DNA of 63,029 bases, filler included, from Octopus bimaculoides (GCF_001194135.2; 5 parts of 5 records of this genome joined end to end with filler, not necessarily neighbours in it), one strand, 5' to 3'; counted from the first letter of the whole stretch, positions 22,321 to 37,256 are shown. Numbers and translations are program-made. The notes: generated by a model from the sequence alone, not told the origin.

Positions 22321-25300
22321 TTTTTCTCTTACCCTTGATGCACAGAGCCTATTCAATTCTAAGGTAGGTATACTGGTTCATGTGACATCGGGGCATGTCC
22401 ACATACTGGTGAGTCTGTGTGACATATCTCTAAGGACCAGCCCTCCCTCCACCGGCTCCTGTAGGCCTTAGCCCTAAGTCCATCTACTATTTGATCCATA
22501 ACTGGGGCTCTTGATAGTTACTACCACCCTAGATTAAAGCGAACCTGACAGTAGAAGTGAGTTAGGTGTAACTCCATATTCCTTAATCATTTATTAAAGC
22601 TGGAGTATCTTGAAATACGTACTGTTCATAACTTTGTTATTCTCATGAATAGGGCCTGAAATTTGTGAGGGCAAGGGGTTAGTCGATTAAACTGCCCCCA
22701 GTACTTGACTCATAATTGTACCGACTCTGAAATGATGAAAGGCAAAGTTACAGGGTTGTTTTTTTTAACTCAGAAAGAAATGAATTTGATCAAACTTTAG
22801 AAAACCTTTGTCCAACACTCCAACAAGTTTGTCAGTCTTTTCTTAATTGCGCACAAATATTAATAAAACGAGGTTAGAAACACTTTACAATATATTTCTT
22901 AACTACAATATATTTCTAAAGTTTAAAATTAAATTGTTATTTTGTATAGGAATTACGTAATTTTTTAAAATCTTCCCTGTACCACGAATTTAATACAAAA
23001 AAATGTATTACGGTTGAGAAAGAACTGAAAAACAATACAGATAACTATCGCTTGTCTTGTTTTATTAATCACGAATTTCGTGGTTAACAAAATTATAAGT
23101 TTTTCAAGACGCTAAACCATTAGTATAGACTTTATAAATCATTAAATTATATTCTTAAAAATCTGTAGCACCTCGCTTGAAAATGACTGCTCTTCTGTCT
23201 TTGTTTGTTTGTGTGTTTGTTTGTATGTATGTATGGTAGGGTGTGATTTGACAGAAATCTGGCTGCTATTTCTAGCAAGCAGAACGACCACGTGACTGGG
23301 ATTAAAATAAAAGGAAAGAAAAAAATTGGTTATCTGCTCTTCAGTAGCTTGATTACATAGTAGTCGACAGGGGACGCTGTCAGTATCTTCTTTTTAGCGC
23401 AGTTTTAAGGACTGAAAGTCTCAACACCGATTGATATTTTGTTATAAACCTCTTCTAAGGTATGGCTTTTTGTGGTTGTTGAGCTTCATATAAATAGATG
23501 TGTGTTTCCTTTGTTTTGTCTCTTGCGCATTCAATACGTTTTTTTTTTCATTTTTTGAAATTAATCTGTTTTGAAAGTGAAATACTATCTGATTAAAAAC
23601 TAGCCATGCATATATTTACTGCCGTACGTTACAGCTGTTTCTACACTGTCCTTGTGTTTGGAATGTATGTGTATCTATTTATATACAGATATATATATAT
23701 AGAGAGAGAGAGAGGGGGGAAGAAAGAAAGAAAGAAATATCTAATATAGTGGAGACAGGGGTTAAGGTGAGGTAGCTATTTTGGACTCTGAAGTCGGGTA
23801 TTAGTTTTCAATATTGAATACTATTAAAACCAATCCCCGATTTAAAGACCAAGTGAATCTACACACATCGAGATACACAAGTCGACCGATATCTTAGAAT
23901 ATGGCGTTGTTTTGATTTTTGCTTTAATGAATCGATTCAGCTGACTTCTTATTTTCCTTTGTAATTATTTTTTTTCTTCTGGTCTTTGTTATTTTCATAT
24001 AACCTGAACTAGCTACGTGTCTTTATTGTTGTCATTCTAACAGATATATATATATATAAGATATTTTTAAATGTGAAACTATACGGTTGTGAGATGGGAA
24101 AAAAAGAAAAAAAATGTATCAAAGATCCAAAGCACGTACGCAATATTGAAATATTTTAAGTGATTATATACCAATATGATATATTATTTATCAAAACTTC
24201 CCATTCCAAAGTATTAAATCGCAGGTCAGAAGACGTTAAAGTCTTCTCAACGAAATGCTTTTAGCAATCATTGAAAGAATAATAGTGAAATCATTACAGT
24301 TGGAAACCGAAACCCGATCTCCATATTCCATTGACCAATTCATCGCCACTTCCCTTGTTATAATACATTTGTGTATGTGTGTGTGCTCATCTCAGAAACG
24401 TCTTCATTTATTTCGTATAGTGCTATCTGCTGTTGATGTGACGATTTAAAAAACAGAAAACGAATTTCATGGAAACTTTTGATGTGAAAGGAACATCAAT
24501 ATTATATTAGATCATAGAAGAATTGAATACATTTTGGCAAACAAAAATAATTAAATGGCTAAATATTACCATTGACAGAATTGATGAGATTTCTGACTTA
24601 CAGCAATTTAGTTTCGAATTTCTACATTCTGAAATTAAATCCTTCTGATTTTATGAAAATAATCGACACTTTTTTAACTGGTACTTCAGGCAATTGTACC
24701 TTTTATGTTATTAATTATTTAGTTATTTATGCTATTAATTATTTTGGCAATGTAAGATATCTTTATTTTTTTTAAAATTGCCTTACAGTGTTTAATTACG
24801 TCCCTTCCAAGTTTTAATCTCGTCGGAGACTTATTTTTTTCATCCTCCTTGGATTAGATAACATAAGTTCCAGTCTAGACTATATATNNNNNNNNNNNNN
24901 NNNNNNNNNNNNNNNNNNNNNNNNNNNNNNNNNNNNNNNNNNNNNNNNNNNNNNNNNNNNNNNNNNNNNNNNNNNNNNNNNNNNNNNNNNNNNNNNNNNN
25001 NNNNNNNNNNNNNNNNNNNNNNNNNNNNNNNNNNNNNNNNNNNNNNNNNNNNNNNNNNNNNNNNNNNNNNNNNNNNNNNNNNNNNNNNNNNNNNNNNNNN
25101 NNNNNNNNNNNNNNNNNNNNNNNNNNNNNNNNNNNNNNNNNNNNNNNNNNNNNNNNNNNNNNNNNNNNNNNNNNNNNNNNNNNNNNNNNNNNNNNNNNNN
25201 NNNNNNNNNNNNNNNNNNNNNNNNNNNNNNNNNNNNNNNNNNNNNNNNNNNNNNNNNNNNNNNNNNNNNNNNNNNNNNNNNNNNNNNNNNNNNNNNNNNN

Positions 25301-28300
25301 NNNNNNNNNNNNNNNNNNNNNNNNNNNNNNNNNNNNNNNNNNNNNNNNNNNNNNNNNNNNNNNNNNNNNNNNNNNTCATATTAAGGGAAACACTTCTCGA
25401 ACAATCGATTATGGTAACAAAAGTTGACAAAACGTAAGGTGGAAGTGAGAGATAGTGGGGTTTCTATTCGGCTACTAACTGTACGTGTGGGCAGTAAAGT
25501 ATGGCTTGAATTAATAGCGGTACAGAATAAACATTCTTCTCGCAAGTATTCGAACCAAAAACAATCATATTTCATTTCCACCCTCAAATAACTCATTGTG
25601 TGGTCGGGGCAAACATAGGTGTGTGCTATAATCTTTTTCTGGAGTAAAGTAGGGAAAAAAATCGCCATCCACCCACCCCACCCTCGTTTGATTGCAGTTT
25701 CGATTCCTAATTAATCAACTCCACCTTTTATCTATTGTTTGTACCTTCTCCGTCCCAGGTAAAGTCTGTGACTTTGCATCTCGTTTTCTGTGAGAAGTCT
25801 TTACTTAGGATGTTATTGAAATTATTTTACTTTCGTATTTTAATATTCCGTTAAGCTTCACTGGTCAGCTGGGGGGTTTTTTATGAACTTTTTTTTACTT
25901 ATTTGTTAGACTTGAAGTTTGTGTAGTACCTGCCATTTTTTTTTTTTACCTGTCTAATACATAAAGATTACTGTTTAACAGTTTATCAACTCTCTCTCTC
26001 TTTCTCTCATACTCTATCTATAATCGAGAGTTTCATGTAAGAAACTCCAATTATCTCTATGTGCCACCATCATCATGTCATCGTTAAATGTGTGTGAGCG
26101 TATATATCATTGGATGGTCAGTTTGCCATCGAACGGTAGTTATTGACAAAATGGCCCTCTTTCGATACAACACCATCTGTTTCGACATATGATTTCACAT
26201 CAACAACCTTGCAAAATAGATACAAAAACTGTGTGTCTGTGTGTTCCCTTGAGCGCCATTTTAGGTAATACTGAATTCCCTGCTCTTAGCGGAAGGGAAA
26301 GTACATGCCCGTCTGTCTTTGAACAAGTGTGTAGAGAATTGTCTGTGGTTAGTTTTTGATGTATTTATATTTCTTCTGCGACTGCTGAATCTCTTCGTTT
26401 TCTTAAACCTTTCGTAACAAGATCATTTCCAGATTTAGCATTAGTCAATTCCACAGTTAAGAGATCAAAACGGAATGTTGTCGTAACTAATAAAATAAAT
26501 ACCACGAGATACTGGTTCGAATTTGCTTCGGTCGGCTACGCTTGTACCTTCTAGGTACCTAAATCAGACTATGTTTTTTATTAGAGTTTATACTAAGCCA
26601 AATTTACATTTGTATAGTGTATGTTTAGCCCTAGGTCAGTCCTGATTGAGCAGACCGATGAGCGAAAGTGGTCTGGAAGTTGGGGGAATACGTTATCTAA
26701 TGTACCTTTTCCTTTTTTTAACACCATCGTGGGGGGAATATGTGGGTCATTTTTAACTGTTGTTTCTAGCTGACGGATCGACTACATTGAGGTTCCCTTG
26801 TTGCCTCGCATATAGTTTATATGTTAACCAGCATACCTAAGAAACCATTGGTACTAGTTAGTTTTGCTTCTCCCAATTTGGCACTAGGTGAGTTTCCTTT
26901 TATTAAAACTGCGCTTCCTTGCTCATAAAAATAATTTAAATCATAGCTATTATTTGGTTTTATTTAACTTCCCTCCCTCCCTCTCTACCCTACCTGTATT
27001 ACAAACCCTACAAAAGCTGGTAATTATTTGAATTGTGAAATAATGGAAGTAAGTGACATTATATAGATCTTGGCTATTCTCATTGGAGCTCTTCTGTTAG
27101 TGTCACAGAAATTCATGTTATTACTATTAATTATAATTTTGTTTTTGCGAGATAGAATTAAAGAAAACAATTCGTGCTAGAAATTATACAGGTTGCAACA
27201 CGTACCTCTAACGTGTGTCGTCATACTTTTTGTTAGTTTATACACTACTCCACGTCTGACAGGACACGCTACATGTATAGTTTGTTTAATGTTTATCATA
27301 TGTGTATACACACACTCACACACAGGAATCTCGTGCCTTTGTCATTCTAGCGTGTGAGTGAAGTATTTTCTTTGTCGACAGTAGATATTGGGTGGGATAT
27401 TTATTTTCTATCTGATCAACATAATTGTTACTTGAACTAGTTTGACGTTTTATTGTGTCTAGGGAGATAGAACACACGAATTCACACAAAGAATCTTGCA
27501 AACCAGGTACAGAAACGAAGTAGTTTGAAGTTTCTGAGGAAGAAATAATCAGTTATAGTGATCATTGAGTACTTGACTACTGGTACTTTATATTCAGTTA
27601 TTCCCAACCAAAACTCATGACCCCCACCCCTTGGAATCTTTAATTTTTCTGTGGGGTCCCCTAGACACTTTAATGAGAAAGAAAAAAAAAGTATTTCAGT
27701 TTTGTAAGCAATGGTTAATCACAGAAACAAATCACTTTTGTAAAAATTATAACCATTTGACAAAAATTGTTTTAAATTAGTTTTATTATCAGGGAATATA
27801 TTTCTATGAATATTATTTAAGAATTGATAATTTGTAATGAAAACAATCTCTGATCAAAAATTTATAATATACATTTTTTTTTAATAATTTTTTTCAAAAG
27901 TGACCTGTTTTCTACTATTTAACCTAATAAACTCCATAATAATATCAGTCTATTAATCACACATTTATGCTCTATAACTTTATCAAAAGCTACATTATTT
28001 TGTGATTTCAATAAAACAGCTATTTATAATCATACATTATGTGTGCGTGTGTGTAAAACAGGCATAAAAATTTTCTGACATACAGAAAATTTAATAACTT
28101 CTAAAGAACAAAAATTGCTCTATGAGCACAAATGCAAAATCCTTTAGCAAAATAAATAAATATTCATCATCATCTTCGTCGTCGTCGTTTAACGTCTGTG
28201 CAAGTTTTATAGTTCCAGGATCCTGTGGTTGTTAGAGAGACAAAGATCATCTCCACTTATATTTTCTAATTGCTTGCAAACTATTGACAGTAGGAAAGAC

Positions 28301-28347
28301 ACTCAGCTAAAACCTAACTCACCTGAGTAAGAAGTAAGTGGGGAAGG

Positions 28348-28448
28348 GCAATGAAATATAATTTTACTCACCTGTTCAAGCAATGAAATATAATTTTACT
28401 CACCTGTTCAAGCAATGAAATATAATTTTACTCACCTGTTCAAGCAAT
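28348..28448. repeat. Perfect 32-bp tandem repeat, three copies plus a partial unit
   Basis: Unit GCAATGAAATATAATTTTACTCACCTGTTCAA at 28348, 28380 and 28412. Confidence 0.95.
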
Positions 28449-30969
28449 AATAGTTTTATAACAGTTTCACTATTTCTACCTAAGTTATTGAGTCCATAAT
28501 TAAACTTGAGTTACATTATTCTGCAACTCAGTAAGGCTTTCTTGTAGTCAGGCATCATCAGCTGCATTTGTCCTGTGTGAATCTACCTTGGAATGTTCTT
28601 TACCAGATCATCTTTAAACCTAGGTTCCATATCATTGTGCAGTTTCTTCGTCTTCAATGTGCACTAAGATATCATTGTCTTACAGCTCCTAATAAAGGTA
28701 GGTTTTCAAGGAAGGCACTTGTAACCTCTTTGCAAATTAAAGGGTGGGGGGGTCTGTAGCTGTTTGTTCAGCAAATTTAGCTCCTCGAATATATATGAAA
28801 GGTAGGATATGTCACATTTGGTTGCTAGGATTTCTTCTCTCTCTAAACTGCTTACCATTCAGAAACATTACAGTATTGTCCCAAAGTTCAATGAAGCCAT
28901 GCAGGTTATTACCTTAGAGATTGCCACCATTGTATGAACTTCAAAAGCAGTAACATATTTAATTCATACAAGGCATTCCAAAGCCAACTTGTTGTTTATT
29001 CACTAGTAATAAATTTTCAAACATTTTTGTTTTTCTTTATGTCATAGCAGTACTTAAGATATAGAAAACGCTTGTATGTATGTTTTGTGTGTGAATTTTA
29101 AAGATAGTTATGTGGCCCCACTGAACTTTGCTATGGACCCAGGTTGAAAAAAGCTGCTTTATATTGTAGAAGACAAAGATGAGGTCAGCATCACTTCTGC
29201 AGTCAGTAAAATTAACTGCTTCCTCACTCACACTGGGTTGGAGTGTGTCTTAGAAATCAATATTTCAAATATTGAACATTTGTTGTGCCATTAAAGTTGT
29301 TAATATGATAGTGGCTAGAACATACCCTTGTCATTTGTCCATGCATTAGCTTTTTCTTACAGTCTTTATACTTCAGTGACCTCTATTCCTTGGAACATGT
29401 ACCTCCATCACTCATGCTCCCTCCACCTCTTGTTACTCTTGGTGCATCCAAGTCTTTCGACCCCACTATTTTCATTATACTCAGTCCTTTCTTCCCAGAA
29501 TATCAGTTTTCTGGAATCTTCTTCCTGGTCATGTCTTTCCTACAGTTGTTGACCTGCAGTATTTTAAATGAAGTATTAACATCAAGCTAACTGGTCTCAG
29601 GGGAACTTGCAGGAATCAGGAGCATTTCCATTTCCTCCACCAAACAAGTAAAAAGAGAAAAAAATCTAATAACTTGATCAGTACCACCAAGCAGCATATC
29701 CATAGTCATATAATCAGCCATTTTCTTGGGGCACATGTGAGCTGAGAAAACGGTTTAGTACCTAAGATATCTGAATATGTACAGGAGAAATATTATATAC
29801 TGATATGTTCTTATGAAGTGAATGTATGACACACATTGAGTAAAAAAAGGATTTTCTCATAATGGGAGATCTTTATGACAAGAGAAGTGTAGTTAGGCCT
29901 CACAAAAGATAATTTGGAGTTGGTAGGAATGGTGATGTGATCTATTACAGATGTGGAAACATTTGTTAAAATGATGGACATTATTATCCCTGTGTAAATT
30001 AAATAATAAAGAACAGTTTTAACAGGTGACTGAGGTGATAGTATCCCAGCATACAAGCTAAAGAGTCAGCAAGTTGTAACATGTTATCCATGCTACTGCA
30101 TTTAGTCCATGGTTTACATGGACTGCATTTAGTCTATGGATTTACTTTCCTCCATAAAGTAAAAATACCTAACATGGAAAAAAATAAAAAGCAGCTGAAC
30201 TCAAAACCCTTCCTGAAGCTTGAAGTATGCAATGGAGCACTTGTTTCTTTACATCTTTGTTGAGTAGCCCCATAAAGACAAAATGTTTAGTGGTCTCTTA
30301 ACAACCCAAAGCTTACAAGTTAAAAGTAAAGCTTATTAGGGTACCAGTAAAAGTATTAGTTAATGGTGGTGTTCTGTGGTGGTAGGTCAGCTCATTAAGT
30401 AGTTATGCAGGTAGTTAGTGAAATATAAACATGACCCACATATCTGTTCCATATATACTATATCTTTATATGGTTGAGTATATCTATGGCAGACAGATGG
30501 TCAGCAGCCAATAAATGTGACTCACAGATCTATTGTGTCAGATTTACCATTCTTCTGATTAGCAGAAAACCATACTGTACATTTTGACCTGCAGTTGTGA
30601 ATTGTATTGAATGTGTAACAGTGTGAACACGCACTCTTTATGTCTGTTGGTATTATTCAACTCTAGGTTGATCCTGGTTAAGTAGACCTATAATCAAAGG
30701 CATTCCAACCATAGATATCTCAGCTTTTTAGGAGTATATCTAAGGTTATTATCTGCTGTGTCTTTTCCTCCTTCAGTCAGACGTGATAGATTTTGGTGGT
30801 GGCTACAGTGGAGGCAGGTAAAGTGAACTCAGACCTTTTTTTGCACCAACATTGGTGGTGTGGTGTACATCCCTGCACCATCTTCAGTGGTTGATACTGC
30901 AGTTATTACTGTCTTTTGTTTATCTGGGCTGGATGTAAGCAATAGTGTTTCAAAGATGTTGTTCTAGAG

Positions 30970-31268
30970 TAGGGCTTCTCAACCGTTTTTTATCTATGGA
31001 CATCTTTGATTACTATTTTATTCTGGTGGACCCCATAACCATTCGAGGTTTAAAAGCTAGTTTTATAGAAACTTCTTTCAGAATTCCTAATTTGTTTTTC
31101 ACACATTAACTTGTGTAGGTTGAACTATGTAAAATGTTAAAGAAAGAAACCTAGCTATTTCTTGCAATACATATATCTGAAGTAAAAATTTCTTCAGGGG
31201 CCCTTAATATATTGTTGTGGATCCTTAATTTACTATTTTGTTACATGGACCTTGGTTGAGAACCACTG
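30970..31268 (-). mobile_element. hAT MITE with 8-bp TSD
   Basis: TIR (T)AGGGCTTCTCAACC / GGTTGAGAACCACTG; TSD TTCTAGAG at 30962-30969 and 31269-31276, with the central TA typical of Buster/Charlie targets. Confidence 0.9.
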
Positions 31269-31780
31269 TTCTAGAGTGTTTTAAAATAATTTTGTAAGTT
31301 AAAATTTTGACAAATGATTTGTGCATGTTCATGCATTCCACAATTGTTCAGAAAAATAGCTTTACCAAATCTTAGTCCATATCTGAAACTTACTTATGTG
31401 GCATCATCCTACTAAACTGTTTGATAATGTATGTGTGTGTGTATAATATATATATGTGTATGTGTATATATATATATTATAAAAGTATACAGTCTTTTCT
31501 TTTTACCATTTCATATTTGCTTTCCTTATTTTAACCTTTGCCAGCCCAAAGCATTTTCATAAGTTTGTCTTAAATATCTATGCGTTTTCATACTTTAAGT
31601 TTGCCTTTGTTTCATACATTCTGAATGATATGAAGTTTTCCTTTCAAAAGTTCTAAGTTATTCTGGTGGTTGAAAAGAAATGGGAATGTGCATCATATAT
31701 AATGCATGGATGCCATGGAATTATGTCCTGTACATCATTAGATACACTAGACAGGCAAAGGCTTAAACTGCTGCAAATTT

Positions 31781-31819
<39 letters not shown>

Positions 31820-31988
31820 TGTTAATATCCATTCGTATTTTAGGTTTTACAAGTCTAATACATATATATATATGTGTGTGTGTGTGTGTGTTTACATATT
31901 TCATGTTGTTTGCACCATTGGTGGCGTCCTGTACTCATATATGCATGTATATATATTATTTAATTGAATGCGATGCATCCATTTCCAA

Positions 31989-32032
<44 letters not shown>

Positions 32033-32073
32033 ACACACACACATACATTCTGTTTAATTATTTTTATTCCTAG

Positions 32074-32250
<177 letters not shown>

Positions 32251-32487
32251 TAATGCTGCTGCTGGCACATATATTGGTTATGTTCTTATGAAAGTCATAA
32301 ATTGAGAAAATCCATGATTTACTATGCAATTTGGAGGCTTTCCTGTAAACAAAGTATATCTTGCCAAGAAGGTCTTGTATAGCCAGTTAAACTAAGTTTA
32401 TGGCAGCTATATATGCGTGATCTCAATTGCCAAATGGAGAAGTTAAGATATGCTTCCTCACACAAATTTGTTGAAAGGAATAGTTGT

Positions 32488-32700
32488 TTAACCCTTTAGC
32501 ATTTAAGCTTGTCATATCCAGTCCAAATATTTTGCTTTCAGTTCAAACTGGCCAGATCTGACATCTCTAATCTACCCTACAATGTGATTCTAAAATTAAA
32601 CAATCACATCAATGAAACCTCAAAGCAGTGAAATAATGCATGATTAATATAAAACGATGTGAATAAATAAGCATTACATTTGATGATGTTAATGGATTAA
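32488..32700 (+). mobile_element. piggyBac-like MITE (degenerate right end)
   Basis: Starts TTAA-CCCTTTAGCATT and ends near ...ATGGATTAA. Confidence 0.5.
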
Positions 32701-34019
32701 CTCGGTATCATTATCTGTCTGACACTGACTAATCCAGATGGAGTGAAAGACAAGCAACAAGTATGTGGAATTGAACTCTGAACTCTGAACATTAATTGTT
32801 TTTTTAACTTTTCCTATATTCGGACTCATCCTCAGGTTTATTGAACGAGTTTCAGCAGTTGGTTTGTATTTGGCTTTCCAGAATGGAATCTGGCTTGTTC
32901 TTTGATGAGAGGCCATTCAAAAATGGGTGGGGTCCTGTTTAGAAGTAATCATTCAAAAAGCTTGTAAGAGGGACAGATAAGAGAAAGGCATCAAAAGCTT
33001 TTTGCTTGTGATACAGCTTGTTTCATACATGGTTTCGAAACAATGATTAGCTCGGCATTACTTCAACACCTCTGGTATTTTATGTCTAAGGAGGAGCAAC
33101 TATATTTGGCTCCAGTTGAGAATTTTTTAACTCTGTGTGAAAACCTATTGCTTTTCCTTTATTTAGATTATCAATAATTGTTTCAAGTTCTTTGTGGTAA
33201 AATTCTTGTTAAAATGCCGTTACAATCAGAATGATTGTCCTTCAGATAGATATTTTCTGTTTTGTTATTTAGTCCTTTATCATTTGTAAATTGAATATTT
33301 TGGTTTGCATTTCTGTGACCTTCACCTATCTTTTGTATGAGGTACCTTGATCATGTCATAAAGAAATCTGCTTCACAACCTCTTGGTTCTAGGCTCAATC
33401 CCACTGGTTGGCACGTTACGTAAATATTTATATTTTTATACACTCAAGGCATACCTTTGTAAGTCTAGGTGTGTAGTCATTTGCACAAACCTGGGGTTAA
33501 ATTTTTTTCCTGTTTGGTAACCCAACTGCATAAATTGAGAATTAAAACATGGGATAGAATACCTCACACCATTTGTTTCAGTTCTCTGTGTTTTGAGTTC
33601 ACATTCCACCAAAGTCAACTTCGTCTTTCATCCTTTGTAGGTCAATAAAAAAGTGTACCAATCCAGTACAATGAATTGGCAGAACTGTAGGACCATTGAA
33701 CCAAATGTTTCTGTCCTCCACCACCTTTCATAATAATCATGATAATTTCTAACTAAGGCCACACCTTTGCTGGTGGGGTATGAATAATCAGTATTAGATT
33801 GACTGCTGTAGTTGATTGGTATTGAATTTCAATACCTCCAGAAGGAATGAAAGCAATATCAACCTCACCTGGATTAGGAGTCCAAGCATAAAGGTGTGTG
33901 TGACTATATTCTGCAAAGTAATTTATTATCATTTATTTTGCCATCAACCACTCGTCTGTTACCTTAATCTTAATAGTAATTCTAATTTTGACATCATAAG
34001 GACAGCAATTTTAGCAGCA

Positions 34020-34560
34020 GGGGATTAGTGGATTACATCAACTGCACTACTTGACTTGTACATCTGAAATAATGAAAGGCAAAGTTAACCTCAGCAAGAT
34101 TTGAACTCGGAATGTAAAGAACCAGAAGAAATAGCACTAAGCATTTTGTCCAATGCGCTAATAATTCCACCATCTCTCCACCTTAATAATCTTTAATATT
34201 TTACCTGTTGCAGTCATTAGATTGCGGCCGTGCTAGGACACCACCTTGAAGTATTTTCACTTGAATGAATCTACTCCTGTACTTTTTTTTTTTTAAGCTT
34301 GTTACAACTTTTTCTGTTGGTCTCTTTTGTCAAACTGCTAAGTTACAGGGACATATACACACCAGCACCAGTTGTCAAGCAGTGGTAGGGGACAAAGACA
34401 CACACATGTAGATATATATAGTCTTTTTTTTTTCAGTTTTTTGTCTACCAAAAGTTACAAGGCTTTGGTCAGCCTGAGTTTGTAGCAGAAGACACTTACC
34501 CAAGGTGCCACATGGTGGGACTGAACCCAGGACCATGTGGTTGTGAAGCACATTTCTTGA
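34020..34560 (-). mobile_element. Adjacent old SINE copies (family B then family A), strongly CpG-decayed
   Basis: Similar to other copies in the window but with many CpG to TpG/CpA changes. Confidence 0.75.
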
Positions 34561-34849
34561 CTAATCATAAAGGCCTTGTAATTTAGAGGAAAGTTAAATA
34601 AGAATGTTTGCTTTCTTTGTGACATTACTAGAGTAAGTGAAAATGCTTGGCTCCAATTGGTGATAGGAACTTGAAATCTGGAAGCTACTAAAGGGTTTAA
34701 CTGGGTATATTGATTTGCATAAACAATGGTCCTTTGTCATCTCACCTGAAAGGTTCAGCATCCTGAAGAACAACCTCAGGATGCAGAACCTTTCAGGCGA
34801 GATAATAAAGGACCAACATGCCTGGCACCTTCTTCTCAAGAAGACCCAT

Positions 34850-35090
34850 ACTCTGTAGCAGAAGCGTTGAGACTGGTCCCTCTGGTGGTGAAAAGCACCT
34901 GTGGCAGAACCACGTGAAAGTGTCTGTGCAGTGCCATGTAAAAAAAAAGTGTGCTGGGTGCTTTTACGTGGTTCTGCCACAAGTGCTTGAATTTAGGAAG
35001 GGCATCTAACCATAGAAACCATACTAAATCAGACTGGAGTCTTGTGCAGCTTGCCAACATTGGATAGCAGACATTAAATGATGATGATGC
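34850..35090 (+). mobile_element. SINE family D (GAT-tailed, RTE-like 3' end) with an internal inverted repeat
   Basis: GGAAGGGCATC...AAATCAGACTGGAG...ACATTAAATGATGATGATG tail. Confidence 0.7.
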
Positions 35091-36051
35091 ATTCTTAGCA
35101 GTTACTTCAATTTCAGAAATTACTGACATCTTCATAAAGTTTTCCGAGATTTTGAGCTGGTAAGGCAGCTGTAAATTAAGATTGTTCATGAATAATGGCA
35201 GTGACTTACAACAGTTCAGTGCATTCAATTAATTTACACATGAAGTGCTGGCTTATGATATATTGGTTTACTGTGTAGTATATCATAGCTTTCTCAGAAG
35301 ATTCTAAAATGCACAACAGCTAAAATGTATTTGCTGTACAGGTGACCTGTGAAACTATTTAGTCTGCAGAGCAGAGGAATTTCATACATTTATCCAGACC
35401 AAAATAGAGGTTCCTGACATCATTTCCTTATGTATGCTCCTATAGAGCAAGGTGGTTGTATTCTTTTTAATATTTTTGTGACAAGAGGGATTTTTTCTCT
35501 TCATTAGACCAGTGAAGGAAGAAGTTGATTAAATTTTTGTCAAAAAAGATTTTATATGATCTTTTCTAATCAATTATCATATTTATTGAGATCAAGTCAT
35601 ACCTTTCAATGGTTTTGGCTATTGAACACTTGTGCATATTTTCAAGAAAAGGTGATGGATGAAGAAAGCAAAAAAACTTATTTCAAAGAATAGATACAGA
35701 GGTCATTTTGTTACTATATGATCTCCAGTTCTATCACATTGCACAGCACTTTGGACAAATGTCTTGTACTGTAACATTGAACCAGCTAATGTTATCTGAT
35801 AGATGAAAATTCTATGGAAACCTATTGTGTGTGAATGTTTTCATATCTTGTTTTCCATGGAAAGCAGTAAGGAAGGACAACCAACTGTAATATGTATTTA
35901 TCCAAATTGTATTAACTGTAATATGTATTCATCGAAATTGTATTAACATGGGGAAATGGACCTTAGATGCATGAGGTTTGACTTCAACGTGTGATATGTT
36001 TTCTCCTGTGACAGCTCCAATTTTATCCAAGAATATATTATATTTTACCAG

Positions 36052-36266
36052 ATCTCGGCGTTGATGATGAAGATGAAGAAGCTGTCCCTCTGCCCAATGT
36101 AAATGCTGCCATCCTGAAAAAGGTGATTCAGTGGTGTACGTATCACCGGGATGATCCTCCACCTCCTGAGGATGATGAAAATAAAGAAAAAAGGACAGAT
36201 GACATTTGTTCCTGGGATACAGAGTTTTTGAAGGTAGACCAGGGAACTCTGTTTGAATTGATTTTG
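36052..36266 (+). CDS. SKP1: S-phase kinase-associated protein 1, second coding exon
   Basis: CAG acceptor at 36049-36051; (D)[71 protein letters not shown]; donor GTGAGT at 36267. Confidence 0.98.
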
Positions 36267-36924
36267 GTGAGTTTTGTCTATTTTGTCTATATACCCTCTA
36301 CAGTAAAAAGAAAACAAAAATTGACTTATTAAAGAATGATTTGTCTAAATGTGGAAAGTATATTCTGTGCTGTTTTACATGTATGCACAGAATTTATGGC
36401 TTGTATTTATCACTGTTGGAAAACCTTACAATTTTTGCATTATTTTGGGATGTTATACAAGAGCCTAGGTTGTGATAGCATCTAATTTCAAATTACTGAG
36501 TTCACAAAACCCTCCACTAACATATTGTTCTTCTTTAAGATCTCACAAAAATGAAAAATAGGAAGCTGAGACAGGCCCTATAACAAGATCCAGTAGCCTT
36601 GCAAAAACCATTCTTCAAGGGTCTGTGGAGAGGTAGATTTTAAAGAAAATGATAGACAAACAACAAGGCACAGAAGGGTGAATCATTGGCTGTGACCACA
36701 GCCGGTGGAGAAAATTGGTGTACAATGTGTCACAATGGTGACTCTACAACTTCATCAGAAGTTTAGGGTTCAAGGCAATATTGCTAAATTTACATCAGAG
36801 ACTCACTCCCATTTTGATATAGCATATTCAGTACTGATAATATTGGAAGTCTTCGTACATTGTTCGGGTGGGGAGACTCTCTTTGGTCATTAGCATATTG
36901 TTTTCAGTCGTGTTTGTTTGTCCA

Positions 36925-37156
36925 TCATCATCATCATCATCATCGTTTAACGTCCGCTTTCCATGCTAGCATGGGTTGGACGATTTGACTGAGGACTGGT
37001 GAAACCGGATGGCAACACCAGGCTCCAGTCTGATTTGGCAGAGTTTCTACAGCTGGATGCCCTTCCTAACGCCAACCACTCAGAGAGTGTAGTGGGTGCT
37101 TTTACGTGTCACCCGCACGAAAACGGCCACGCTCGAAATGGTGTCTTTTATGTGCC
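36925..37156 (-). mobile_element. SINE family D, young copy, truncated by a spacer
   Basis: (CAT)n CGTTTAACGTCCGCTTTCCATGCTAGCATGGG...; CpGs are intact. Confidence 0.85.
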
Positions 37157-37256
37157 NNNNNNNNNNNNNNNNNNNNNNNNNNNNNNNNNNNNNNNNNNNN
37201 TTAATTAATTAANNNNNNNNNNNNNNNNNNNNNNNNNNNNNNNNNNNNNNNNNNNN
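37157..37256. other. Artificial 100-nt assembly spacer
   Basis: 44N-TTAATTAATTAA-44N. Confidence 0.95.

Noticed and set aside
25381-25668. 95-aa minus-strand ORF with a good acceptor at 25639
   Set aside because: No recognisable homology and no linked exons could be established, so it was left unannotated.
26040-26490. Protein-like short frames on the minus strand (one faintly like a Tudor-domain tail)
   Set aside because: Frames of 60 codons or fewer, interrupted by stops; similarity too weak to support.
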